Shown here one piece after another: positions 24,095 to 36,378 of a stretch of 64,000 nt of DNA. A program made the translations under genes and the position numbers. The DNA comes from Macrostomum lignano (Eukaryota): the NCBI GenBank assembly GCA_002269645.1, contig NIVC01002657.1:1-64000 (forward strand), read 5' to 3'. The notes under the pieces were generated by a model. It saw only the letters and a program-made list of their open reading frames with translations, was not told the DNA's origin and searched no databases. The first letter of the stretch is position 1, and every line of letters begins with the position of its first letter.

Positions 24095-25060
24095 TCTCTC
24101 TTCTGTCCTTCTCTCCTCTTTGCTCTCTCATCTCTAATCTCTCCTATCTCCTCTCTGCTCTCATCTGCTCGTTTATCTATCATTTCTCATCTCATCTCTC
24201 ATCTCTCATCTCTACTCTCTTATCTCTCCTTTCTGCGCTCTCATATCTACTCTCTTCTTTCTCCTCACTACTTTTTCCTCTCTCCTCTTTTATCTCTTAT
24301 CTCTCCTCTCCTTTATCTCCTCTCTGCTCTCTCATCTCTCTACTTTCTACCCTCTCCTCTCTCCCTTATCCTCTCGCTTCTCTCTCCTCTCCCTCCCCTC
24401 ATCTCTACTCATTTATCTCTTCTCACTCGTCTTTCGGCTCTACTCCCTTCTGTCTCCTCTTTTACCTCTCTTACCCCCTCTCATCTCTCCTCTCAATTCC
24501 CTCATCTCTTCTCTCGCCTTTATTCTCTTTTTTTCTTTTCTCTAATCTGTCCCTTTTAATTCTCTCTTTTCATGTTCTCTTTCATCTAATATTTTATCTA
24601 CTCTTTCCTTTTCTCTATTCCCTTTCATTTAGCCATTTCATCCTGTCTATGAAACAGATATCATCAAAATCCTCTCCGTTAAACTGCATTCCAGCGTGTA
24701 TCATCTCCTTCAAGCTACAATCCATCAATTTAAAAAATATTATCTCTATCGAATTTCAGTCAATCAAGACTATGACACTGAAGTCTATAAAAATATGCTT
24801 TTTACTTATTTGAGTATACGTCAAAAAATCTTTAAAATCCTCCATAAAACCTCTGAAATATCATAGCATGTTTTCTGTTTGCAAAAATTGACTGCCATGG
24901 TCCAGACTGAGACTCTCTCCTGTCTCCTCTCTCCTCTTTGCTCCTTTATCTAATCTCTTCTCTCTGCTCTCATCTCCTCTCTCATCTCTACTCTTACTTT
25001 CTTATCAATCATCTCCCATCTCTCAACTCTCCTCTCTGCGCTCTCATCTCTATTTTGCAT
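24095..25060. repeat. CT-rich low-complexity tracts (24095-24610 and 24915-25060)
   Basis: Strongly pyrimidine-biased (TCTC)n-like sequence; the ORFs predicted here are compositional artefacts. Confidence 0.9.
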
Positions 25061-25455
25061 GCGTCTCTAGTATGCAAAATTTCATAGTATTAACAGCTAT
25101 AACAATTAATAATATTAGCAATACAAAAACTGGCAAAATCCTCTATTTATTTTTACGGGAATAACTGGGAAGATTGCAGCCTAATGAGCGATATGGCAAG
25201 CATGCCGAAGCACCATTCAATATAGTTAGGAAAGTGCAAAACACAAAGGCCTGACAGGTACAACAAAAAACTGATATAATTACTAAAAGTTGCGTACCCT
25301 ATTGTCCCGTGCATATTGGCAGTGTTGGGCACTGTAGTCTTATAATAAGCAGTGATTGCCAATCTAGCCTCACTAGCCAGCAAAACCAGCCTAAGCAACA
25401 GAGCCAAACAAATCAATCTAGCTCTAATCAACCTAGCCTACCAAATTCCGCAACT

Positions 25456-26816
25456 ATGAACTACCAACCAAAAACTAATAACAACTCTAAATCGGCTCCA
25501 GTCATTTTCGAAATTGCACAAGAAGGAAAAGATTCTATTAAATTTGAATGGTTCCTAAAATTAAACTTCCCAGCAGTAAGAATTAGGTCAGTTAAGGACC
25601 TCTACCATAGCTCAGGCTATGTAGTAACGCCGGATCATCCTAAGGACTTTAATACATTACTATGTGCTAATCTTAAAACTAACAAAATAAATAACTGCAA
25701 AATCACAAGGCGAACGGCAGCTAAAAGGCCAATTAGACAAGGGGATGACCAGGTGCGTGCACCACTCAAGTCACCGACATCTTACTCATTTATTGTCAAA
25801 CATGTACTTATCACCGTTGACGCACACGAATTAGCAAAACATCTAGCTGATTCAGAACAACAATGCCGATCGATGGCGCTGTGCGCATCGTTTCAAGGGC
25901 AACAGGTGCACCGAATCCACATATCCGCCTCTTCACTAAGTGCAAGGGTGCGATGGAGCGGTGCATCCAGGATGGCGTCTATCTCGGATACAGCAAATTC
26001 AGGTGCGAAGAATCAATCAATCTTGCACCAGTAAAAGCAGTCCAGTGCAAAAAGTGCCAAAGACTGGGGCACCATGAAAGCAAATGCGCAGCATCAAATC
26101 AGTGCAACAAATGCGCAGGAGAACATTTCTCCGCTGACTGTCCTAAAGACAGTAAGTTCAAATGTGCTAACTGCGGGGGCGAGCATCCAGCCTACTCAAA
26201 CAGATGCAACAAAATCAAAGAAGCAAATGAAATTGCTACTAAAAAAGCTCACGAAAGAATCAGGGAACAAAAAGCAAAGCAAAATAACAACATTTTCGCT
26301 AGTCAGTCCCTGGGGGAGGCATTTGGCGTACCAGGTCCTCTCTCTTACGCCGACGCATCGCGACCCGGACTATCCAAACCGATACTGGGGCCTATCCTGT
26401 ATTCGAACCGCGCTGCCACTGCCGCTGCCGCTGCCGCTGCCGCCCCATCGGCCGAAGCGCCGGCGAGTCGACCGGCTCCGGCCAATCCGGCGGCAACGTC
26501 AATCTCCGCCAATCCGCCCACACTGCCGGCAGTTGTCTCCGACTCCGTCACTCCGGCCGTGCCCAAACTAGGAGTTGACGTCACCGCTGACAAATGCAAC
26601 TCAAGTGAGAGGGGTGTTATCTCCCGGATGGGGGTGCTCGAGGTGGTTCTTCAGGCACTCACTCGGCTCATGGGAGCTAATCCGGGGCAGATGCTTACCG
26701 AATGGGAAGCGGGGCAACTCGCTATCCAGGCGGTAACTGAAGTCCTGGCGGCGCTCAGGAGTCGAAGAGGGCCTGACTCTGGGACAGGGGACACTGAGGG
26801 CGGAGGTGAAACCTGA
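25456..26816 (+). pseudogene. LINE ORF1 (gag-like, 3 CCHC), one frameshift
   Basis: ORFs 25309-26034 and 25863-26816 overlap; ATG at 25456; three zinc knuckles. Confidence 0.85.
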
Positions 26817-28326
26817 ACCCGAAAATAATTCTGTAAGCGTAATAATTTATCTTATAAATTCAAAGCACCCAAAAACTTCTCAAAATAATGGGCAAGCTGG
26901 ACAGTCTGTTGTGCGGGACTCCCTAAACATAGGGCATCTCAACTGTAATGGGCTAAGTAACAAATTTTACGAGATTTCGTCTTGGATTAAAAATGAAGAC
27001 TTAGATATCGGGCTTTTCTCTGAAACATGTCTAGAGGAAAAAAACAAATTTTACTTACCTGGGTATGCCACGCTCCGGTTTGACGTCTCTAACTGTAGAA
27101 GAGGACTAGCAGTTGTCTATAAAAACCACTTTGATATTATGAATGTTGAAAAATATTTTGACAACTGTACTTACGAATTCATTAGCTTCGAAATTCATCT
27201 TAAAAATAACAAACTCAAGCAGTTAAACGTCGTTCTCTTCTACAGAGCCTTAACCTCAACCCGACTTGACACTGAAGTACTAGATTATCTGTTCTCTAGA
27301 CCCTCCACCATAGTCATTGGAGACTTCAACTGCAACCATCCTGCCCTAGGGAGCGACACCCAGCTCAACTTCCCAGGAAAACAACTCTTCGAGTGGCTCG
27401 AATCTCAACCCAACCCACCTGACATCCTTAACAATTATGGAGAGTGCACCAGGGTTAGCTATCGTACACTGTAAATTGTAAAGGTCCGGACAATATGGTC
27501 CGAATTTATGAACTTATGGTCCGAATTTTTTTCGGAATTTGTTTTTATCAACAAGTATATTTCTGAGCTTTAAAAGCAACAGAAATAAAAAACCGGTTCT
27601 GTTTGCTTATATTAGACATTTTTGGCTTTTTACTTTTTATTGTACTTTCTCTACAATCATCGAAAAAAGCGTAACACCAATAGATAAGTACCCTAATAGA
27701 AAATTTACTTGCTCGAACTTTCAATGTATTAAAACATTTTTATTTGATTTAAGATAATAGATTTGTTGACCTAATACTTTTTAAAATGGTTCTCTACAAA
27801 AAAATTGTTAAACAGGAGTGAATTACTGATTTTAAACTTCTTCTTGCATTTTGATCAATGCATTCTACAATTTGACACGTTCTTTCGGCGTTCTTTTTCG
27901 AGGTTTTTTCCACTGTTAGTGCTAGGTTCTTTTCATCCATAAAGTGTAGTCAACTGATACCGATTCAACTTGCGCATACAACACTTTGAAACTGAAAAAG
28001 TATTTGGAATTACTACGAAACTTCTTATTCTGTGTATAGTAATTATAACTGTAGCTAATTGTAGCTTTATATAGTAGGCCTAAACGAGTTATCAGTACAG
28101 TAATCCTTAACTTGACCTAGTTCATATATTCAATATATTTGTAGAATTGTTATTTCAAAGCCTATTCTATAAGCATCTAACTTTATTCTGCATAGGCCTA
28201 TTAGGACTATTACCATGCCTACTAGGCTACTAGTATATAGTAGACCTACAATTTTTAAGTTGTAAAGTACTAGGCATTAATAATAATTATTAATATTGAA
28301 TATTTTTTAATAATAGCAATAAATAA

Positions 28327-30877
28327 ATGTTACATGATGATGAAAAATTAGAACCTAAACTAAAAGCCTTTCAGTGTACTAATTGTAAATATAATAATAT
28401 AAACTTATTTAAACTTATTAGTCATATTAAATTTTACCACTCTTTTGGTAAAAAAAATGTTTTCTTTGTCCAGTGGAAAAATGTTTTAATATTAGTACCA
28501 CTGTAGAAGGATTAAGAGCTCACGCTTATCGTAATCATAAGAACCTAATAGATGAAAAATAGCAAAGTCTAGTATACAATGAAGATAGTATCATTAGTAC
28601 TAGTACTAATAATAATACATGTAGAATGGAATCTAATAACATAAATCCTCCTAGTTTAGAGTCTGATAATTTAAACTTAAGTTTTAAAACTGTTAATTTA
28701 GAAATCCTTGAAAATCAAGTCTATAGTAAAAGTTTCAATGATCAAGCCATGTCATTAGAAAGTCTTAGAGAAAACATTAGAACAAACTTGGCTGAAAGCT
28801 TTGTTTATTTTTATCTAAAGTCCCACAACTTTTTTCTAATCCCAAAAGGTAAATCCAATCAATTATCTGAACTAGTTAAAGAAATAGTTTCAAATTTTGC
28901 CAAAGACTATCTTTCTCTTTTTCAACAATTCTTGATAGAACAATATCCTTCATTAGCCAAAAGTTTTAATACATTAAAAAATGAATTAGATGTTCAAGAA
29001 ATGATTCATATTTCATTAGAGCATCTATTAAAAAAATATTAGAAATTTTAAAAGTCAACTTTAATTATGTACAACGTATTGAATTGGTTGACACTAATTC
29101 TAATGTTCAAATACAATATATTTCTATAAGAGAAACTCTAAGTTGCATTATAAAAAATGAAGATTTGCTTAAATACTTAGTTGCAAATCCTACTTCTAGT
29201 AGTTATAATTCTTTCTTTAATTCAAAATATTTCCAGGATCACATTAGTCATTTAGTAAACATGAATGGAATATTCCTAAAACTTTATTCTGATGAAATTG
29301 AGGTATGCAACCCTATAGGGTCTGCTAAAACAAAACATAAGCTATGTGTAGTTTATTTTAGCATTCTTAACTTTCCAGATCACCTTAACTCATCTTTAGA
29401 TTTGCAGTTTCTTATCACTGCTGAATCTAATGTTAAAAAAGTAGGCCTAGATTTCTGTTTATCTCTATTAGTTTCAGAACTAAATGAACTTTATTTTCAA
29501 GAATTTAATATTAATAATGAAATTAAAATGCCTGTTATTGCTGCCTTTATGACAGGAGATAATCTATCTATTCATAGAATGCTAGGACTTCAAACATGGT
29601 TTTCGAGTGGCTTTGTTTGTCGTTTTTGTTTAACAGAATATAAAGACCTTTGTAATATTAATTTTCAGTCCTCAAGTTCAATATTTAATTTTGAAAATCG
29701 GAATCATTCTCTTTATATTGATGATTTTAAAAATCTAACTAATCGTATACTATGTCCTTCACCTTTTGAGAAATTGAGTTATATTGATTTTCAATATTTC
29801 TTTCCTCCGGATATAATGCATGATGTATTTGAGGGTTTTTCACATCTAGTTATTTGTGTCATTCTTTTAAATGCTATTGAAATGTATAACATCACAATCG
29901 ACTTTATAAATAATCAATTTAAGTTAATAAAAGAAGTATGTATTCCTAAAATTAGTAAATATTATCTACTAAAATACCACTTGCCCTGTACTTCCAATCA
30001 AATGATTGTTCTATTGCAATATTTTGGGTTGTTGTTTGGACATCTTTTTGAGTTAGATGATAATACTTGGGCTTTGTTTAACTATCATAGACAGTTTATT
30101 GACATAATCCTTTCTCCATATAATATTAATTTAGACTTAGTATATTTTCAATCCTTAATTTCTGCTCAACTTGAGTGTATCTACCAAAACACAAACTTCA
30201 ATCCTAAGTACAAATGCAAGCTGCATTACATATGTCATTATCCAGAATTATACCATTTATTTTGTGGTCTTAAATATCTTTGGTGTATGCGAGGTGAAGC
30301 CCATCACCAAATAATAAAAAATATTAGTAGACAGTCTAGAAATTTCAAAAATGTTCCTTATACTTGTGCAAAACAATATCAAATTCAAAAAGCACTGATC
30401 ATAAAACATTATAACTTAAATATGTTTGAAAGTTCTGAACTCATTCCTATAAGCCTTAATGCAATATTAACTGTAGTAGAACAGAGTGAGTTATGTACAA
30501 AACTAAATTTAGATGTAAACTCAATTGGAACAATTTGTTTGTCAACTAAAGAGCTGAAATGTCAAGGTTTTATCTATAAAATTCCTTCAAAAGATAGTCG
30601 GTTTTGCTTGCCTACTTTAACACCAAGTGGTATTTCTATAGCCTTAATATGTCATATAATTCAAGTTTCAAATAAATGGGTTCTTGTTTGCAACAATGTA
30701 AAGACAAAATTTTCTTGCCATAACAATAGCTTCTTGTGTACTGTTGAAAGTGACAATATAATGTTCATTGAACCCACAAATCATTTTAATCATCAACCAG
30801 TTCCTTTGCTTATTTTCAATGGGAAACTATTTTCTACTCTAAAATATTATCCAATATGGACTTCTATAGATGATTAA
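28327..30877 (+). pseudogene. EnSpm/CMC-type transposase with N-terminal C2H2 zinc fingers; two frameshifts
   Basis: CTNC...HIKFYH and CPVEKC...HAYRNH fingers; LYSDEIEVCNPIGS, TGDNLSIHRMLG, FVCRFC, PPDIMHDVFEG, KLHYICHYP, WCMRGEAHH. ORFs 28626-29042 and 29084-30877. Confidence 0.88.
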
Positions 30878-31199
30878 ATTAATAGTAAATGTGTAGCTAT
30901 TATATGTATATTAAAATAAAGGTTATTGCTAACTTACAAATAAATACAAGAATTGCCTTGCCTCCAGCACTAGGAAATGTGCTCTCCAATTTTAATAGAT
31001 TTCTGGTCTATAGGTATAACAATTACCTTTTTATAACAGATTGGCTTGCCCATTCTTGATTAGGCTAGACCTATTAAAGTGGATGCCGGTTTTCGAATCA
31101 TTTCCTTGCCTAAAATGTATTCATTCTGCTGTACTGTCAAAATGTTGAGTATGTCTTACCAGATCTATTCTGATTGGAGTTGTTTTAATCTACTCTCAT

Positions 31200-32976
31200 T
31201 TCAGCTTCGAATCTGCAACTTCAACGAGGAGAGTAAGAAGCTGTTACCAGCATCTGGGCTCTCCCTCGCCGAATTAAGAACCAAGGGCTGCACTAAATTA
31301 GGCATCGAAGATACCGAAAACGTGCGCATCGTTACAGCCGACGGGTTCGAAATCGACGATGACGAAATTATAGCGGAGGTAGCTAAAGAAGGAGGGAAAA
31401 TTTTTTTCTCCTTCAAGGTGAACTGGTCCCAGTGCCACCTAGTCAATTGCTGCCTGAACCGTCCACTGTGTCTAAAGTGGATCGGACACCGGATGCAGTG
31501 AACATAGCTGCAGCATCTGATCCGACAGTGTTAGTGACACCCAATCGAGTCCAGCAAACCCCAGCCGATACTTTGATGGCGTGGCCTGCGGTGTACTCGC
31601 TTCCTCATATGGATTTCCTTAGCGATGCTCTTTGCGAACTTCGAATGCACCCTGAAAAGGGTGTGGATTTCAAGCTGAACTCAGCATTTGTTAATAAGTT
31701 CCTAAAGTTTATTGTCGACGACGTCACCTCGAAGTATTTGTCACCAACTAATCCGTACCTATCATCGAGCCAATTAACGGACATCTGTACGGCCATCATC
31801 ACCTCGTATCCTGGCTTAAAAGACCGGTCTCAGGATGGGAGCTCAAGCTTTTGGCGTACGAAGGTTATTCGCCGGTTCAAAGAGCTTCGATTCGTTGGTA
31901 ATTTTTCCGACAAAGACAGTCCCATCATGCAATCCAGACGTCAAAAGCACGGGCGGAAGAAGATGAAGATTACCAGCAGTGCCGGTCTGAGTGGAGTTTT
32001 GGGGCATCAAAAACGCAAGCGGCAGCATCCTCAAATCGTAAACGAAGGTGCATCTGCAGTTCCTGCATCTCGAAAACGCAAGCGCCCTCATGTCGAAGAG
32101 AAAGATAAGCACAACGACGAGGATGAGGATGACGACGACGACGACGACGACGATGAAGAAGAAGAGGAAGAAGAACCTGCTTGCGACGATGAAAATGACA
32201 ACGACAACTGCGGAGACCGCGCTGCAGCCTCGAATGACGACGCTCGCAGTTTTAAAGCAAAGAGTGTGGACTTTGGCGACTTCGACTCTGATGTTCCACA
32301 AGCTCACGAGTCTCGGCGCAACAAACTTAATGAGATTTATCGTGACACCGCTCTATCTGACGTGCTTGAAGAGATGCGGGTACTCTTCCCGATCCGTATC
32401 TTACGGTGTCAGGAGCTTACCGTCAGCGAAGAAATCAGTCTGTACCTGCCGCTGAACAACATCGAAGTGCTTCAGCAGGAAGCTTTTTTGATGATTCAGA
32501 CGTACAGCAAAAGCAGAACTGATTACATCGTGCCGGAGAGCCCAGAAGAAATGCGGAAAAAAATTGTAAAAGCATTTCTTTTTGTGTACAGCAAAAAGCA
32601 GTCGTTTAAAAACTTTAAACTCTGCAAGCCGCATATTTCTGCCCCGGCTGATTCCGACGACCAAAAGTTGCCGATTGCTGTTGCGCTTCTGCTTGGTCGC
32701 TTGCGACTTGACCCAGCCATAATCTTCCGAGACGCTTTGCTGGTCAGAGTGCTGCTAGAAGACGATAAGTGGTGCGGCGTTTTTGTAAATGGCGCGTGTT
32801 TACTATATGACAATCAAAGTGATGTTGTCGTCGCTCTGATTGTCATTTTTATTGCATTCAATTTGCAACACCTCCCGGTTCTCGAAGCTTTCCTCGAAGT
32901 AATTGAGGTGCTCTCTGGGCTGCGCAAAAGAGCTTCTCGCAGGACTGCGATAGCCGTTCTCGACGCTCTACGTTAA
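31200..32976 (+). CDS. EnSpm accessory ORF2 (N-terminal CIDE-N/PB1-like segment, acidic tract); probable 1-nt frameshift near 31405
   Basis: The 514-aa ORF 31432-32976 lies inside the TIRs. The upstream frame encodes ICNFNEESKKLL...ELRTKGCTKLG...RIVTADGFEIDDDE and joins it if the T-run at ~31401 is one base longer. Confidence 0.7.
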
Positions 32977-33939
32977 CTTTAAAAACATTAGTTGAAGACG
33001 TTGGCAACGGTCTCCTTTTCTCCTTGTTTTGGGTGCATGGAGATATATCTTTCTTTAATAATCACCCAAAAATCCCATCAAAATCTGCCCAAAAATTGTC
33101 CACAAAACCATATAGAATTTCTCTCGGATGCATATAACTGCCCTTGATCTTGCTTTGGGTCTTGATATTTTTGGCCTTAGGGGTCACCCATGGCTGATTT
33201 AAGATAGGAATAGGGAATTTTCTTTCCCTATTAGGAATAGGAATAGGAAATAGGAATAGAGATGTTTCTAAAAATCACCTCCAAAAATATCATAAAATCT
33301 CCCTGGGCTAAGTGCTAGTGAAAGAAAGTACAGACACGTGAAAAATAGGCAGCCTCCGCACTACCACCACTGAAATAAACTCTTGCTTATATCTGCTATG
33401 CTTGCTAATTACGAGTGTATTTCTCACTAATTAAAGTCTAATGTACGTACCCATTTTTAACCAAAGTATATATAGCATAAAACCTTTTTGTATATCATTT
33501 AAAAGTTGTAACTTCATTATATTTAAAACTGTTATTCCGTGCTAAACAGTATATTAATATCACTATAGTAAGTTCAAGTTTTGTTTCTATATATGTTTAT
33601 GGCTGGTCTATCCTGTGAATTTGATATAAAGTTATTTTTTATTGTCACAACACATTTTTGCAAGCATTTCTATACTCATTGTTACAATTTAATGAAATTT
33701 ATTTATTACAGTTGCAAATAATGACCTTGTCAATAAATCAGTCTATAGCACCAGCTACATATTTTGCAATTTAGGATTGTATCTATATACATTTACATGA
33801 TTTCAATGCCTTCGAAATGCTTTAAGTAATTTTTATTTCGTAACTCTACAATTGCCGGACACATTCTGAGTATAAATTAGCATTGATTTGAAGTACTATC
33901 TACAGTAACTTTTTAAAGGATTTCTGTATTGGGTCAAGG

Positions 33940-34110
33940 TCATTCGGACCTTAAAATTCGGACCATAAAATTCGGACCTTCAATTCGGACCTTCAATTCG
34001 GACCATAAAATTCGGACCTTCATAAAATACGGACCTTTTAAGGTCCGCTTTTTCGACACAACGGACCTTCGAATTCGGACCTTTTCCGGACCTTATTTCG
34101 GACCTTTAGA
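33940..34110. repeat. Subterminal TTCGGACC repeat array of the EnSpm element
   Basis: More than 10 copies at the right end; 3-4 inverted copies (GGTCCGAA) at 27483-27525. Confidence 0.9.
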
Positions 34111-34120
34111 ATTTACAGTG

Positions 34121-36378
34121 TAGTGTTCTGAGAAATGTGCTTGACCTTGGGATCTGCTCCCCGGACCTTTCCAAACACGCCAGTAACGTTATAGTTAGGG
34201 AAGATCTTGATAGCGATCACCTCCCTAACATTATTAAAATTTACCTCGACACCAATTGCAAACTTAAACAAAAACCACCCAAAAGATTTTGGAACACCGA
34301 CTGGGAGGCCTTCAGAGGCTCCCTCCAAGATAAACTTAGTAACAATCAGATCCTCAGCCGCAGGTTCTCAACCCCTGAAGACCTTGATCACGCGGTAGAC
34401 CTGCTCACTCAAAGCATTCATGACACCATAGACGAAGTGGTTCCCAACAGAGACACCAGGGAGCAGCTTCCCGCAGACATTATCAATAAAATTAAACATA
34501 GGAGAAAGCTTAGGAAACTGTTCAAAAAACAGAATGGATGACTTCAGAGTACAGGCAAACCAAGCCGCCAAAGACATTCGAAATGCAATTCGTATGCATA
34601 GATCCAGGAAATTTGAGAATCTCTGCACTAAAATAGCTAAAACAAGTTACAAGAAAGAACCTAAAAACTTTTGGATAGACATTAAGAAAATGACTGGGGA
34701 AGGCTATAAAAGACAGTCAATTACCCGCTCCTTGTCTACAAAAACACACGCTGAAACTGAAGCAGAAAAATCCAAGCTCTTCAGCAACTTTCTAAAAGAT
34801 CAAATGCAATGCCACCCCAAACAAGATTCTAAAATCTACAAAAGTCATAGAAACCAAAGATCATGAGATCTTCAAACCCCACAACAATATTAGCTGCTCT
34901 CTCCTACCACAAAGAGCATGCTAACCCAGAAAATCCCGAAAATGAAGACATTGAAGGTGACATTCTCAATATTACTGACCAGGATGTTCTATGGGAAAGT
35001 AGGAAACTCAAGTCAGGAGGAGCTCCTGGTCCTGACAGAATACCTAACCTAGTTCTAAAATATGGACTCAGCCCAGACTCCATCAGAGTGCTTGCAAAAA
35101 TATTTAACTCGAGCTTCCTATTAGGTTACTTCCCCAAACAATGGAAAAAACGACCATTAAAATGATCCCAAAACCTAATAAACCAAAAAGATTAGTGAAT
35201 AGCTACAGACATATCAGCCCAACCTCGTGCATTGGCAAATTGTATGAAAAAATCTTAGCTAGAAATTTTAGAATCATACTAGAAAACCTTGAAATTATCA
35301 ACGACGAACAATGTGCTTATAGATACGATCATTGCACATATGACAATATAGTAAGACTCACCGACGATGAAGTGAAAATGCTTCAGTTGAGGCAGTACAC
35401 GTTGGGAGTTTTCTTTGATGTTAAAGGAGCCTTTGATGGGGTCTGGCTGGACTTCCTTAAATATAAAAATCGGAAAAGTAAAGTCCCGCACAACATGACA
35501 CGTATTCTAGCTAATTATCTAGACGACAGAACTGTGGGGCTTGTGGTTGGCGGAGCCCGGGGCGGGGAATTCCAGCCAATGGCAGGCGTCCCGCAGGGTG
35601 GGGTCCTCTCGCCCCTGCTTTTCATCATATTCGCCAGCTCTATTCCCAAGCCTACTGACAGCAAGGTTCAATTCAGTCAGTTTGCTGACGACCTAGCCGT
35701 ATGGGCTTCAGCTAGAAAGTCCACCATGTCAGCAAAAAGGCTGAACTCGTACTTTCTAGTCCTCAAAAATGGTTAGAAAATTTGGGCATTGTTATTAATC
35801 CCTCTAAAAGCAAAGCCATATCTTTCTTTAAACCTAATGGGAATAAAACTGGTCCAGGCGATCCTCTAGTTAAACTTGGACAGGACGAAATCAGGTACTA
35901 CGAATCCGTCACCTACTTAGGGATGGTCTTAGACAAGCAACTCAACTTTAGGGCCCATGTAGACAAGGTCATCGGGTCCTCCACGCTCAAGACTGCTGCG
36001 ATTGCCAGAATGGCAAAAAACTCTAGGATATCACAATTGGCCCTTCGCCTAATCTACAGGTCTTACATTGAGAGTACCATGACCTATGGTGCTCCAGTAC
36101 TCATTAACCTTCTTGATTCCCTAGTCAATTGGCTTCAAACCCTGCAAAATAAGGCACTGCGCATCTCGATCGACGCTCCGCCCTACACTAAGATCTCTTG
36201 CATCCACCAGGTCACCAAGATGCCTATGGTCAAAGAACGGTTGCTTACTTTTGCTAAAAAATGGTACAAGAAAGCCCTGGAAAGCGATATCCATGGGTTC
36301 AAAAATGATACTAAAGAGTGTCTCAGACCCGGGTTCAGGGTCCCCTTTACCACTAAACTTAAACAACTAATTAAATAA
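34121..36378 (+). pseudogene. Jockey-like ORF2 3' part (end of APE + RT), frameshifted
   Basis: ORFs 34137-34541, 34534-34866, 34863-35165, 35141-35776 and 35782-36378 carry consecutive RT motifs. Confidence 0.9.

Larger units (their letters stand above)
27467..34120 (+). mobile_element. Complete CMC/EnSpm (CACTA-like) DNA transposon, 6654 bp, 2-bp TA TSD
   Basis: Termini CACTGTAAA...TTTACAGTG, with TA on both sides (27465-66, 34121-22). Subterminal GGTCCGAA/TTCGGACC repeats at both ends. Excision restores the LINE frame VSYRSVLRNVLDLGICSPDL. Confidence 0.95.
25456..36378 (+). mobile_element. Jockey-like (I-group) non-LTR retrotransposon, split by an EnSpm insertion; UTR limits uncertain
   Basis: ORF1 has three zinc knuckles (CKKCQRLGHHESKC, CNKCAGEHFSADC, CANCGGEHPAYSNRC). 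ORF2 APE runs 26806-27466 and resumes at 34121 (SDHLP), followed by RT (PGPDRIPN, FFDVKGAFDGVW, GVPQGGVLSPLLF, FADD) and C-terminal LQNKALRISIDAPPY. No RNase H seen. Confidence 0.9.

Noticed and set aside
24010-24813. 267-aa and 163-aa Leu/Ser-rich ORFs as membrane proteins
   Set aside because: They arise from a CT-rich low-complexity tract that lacks stop codons.
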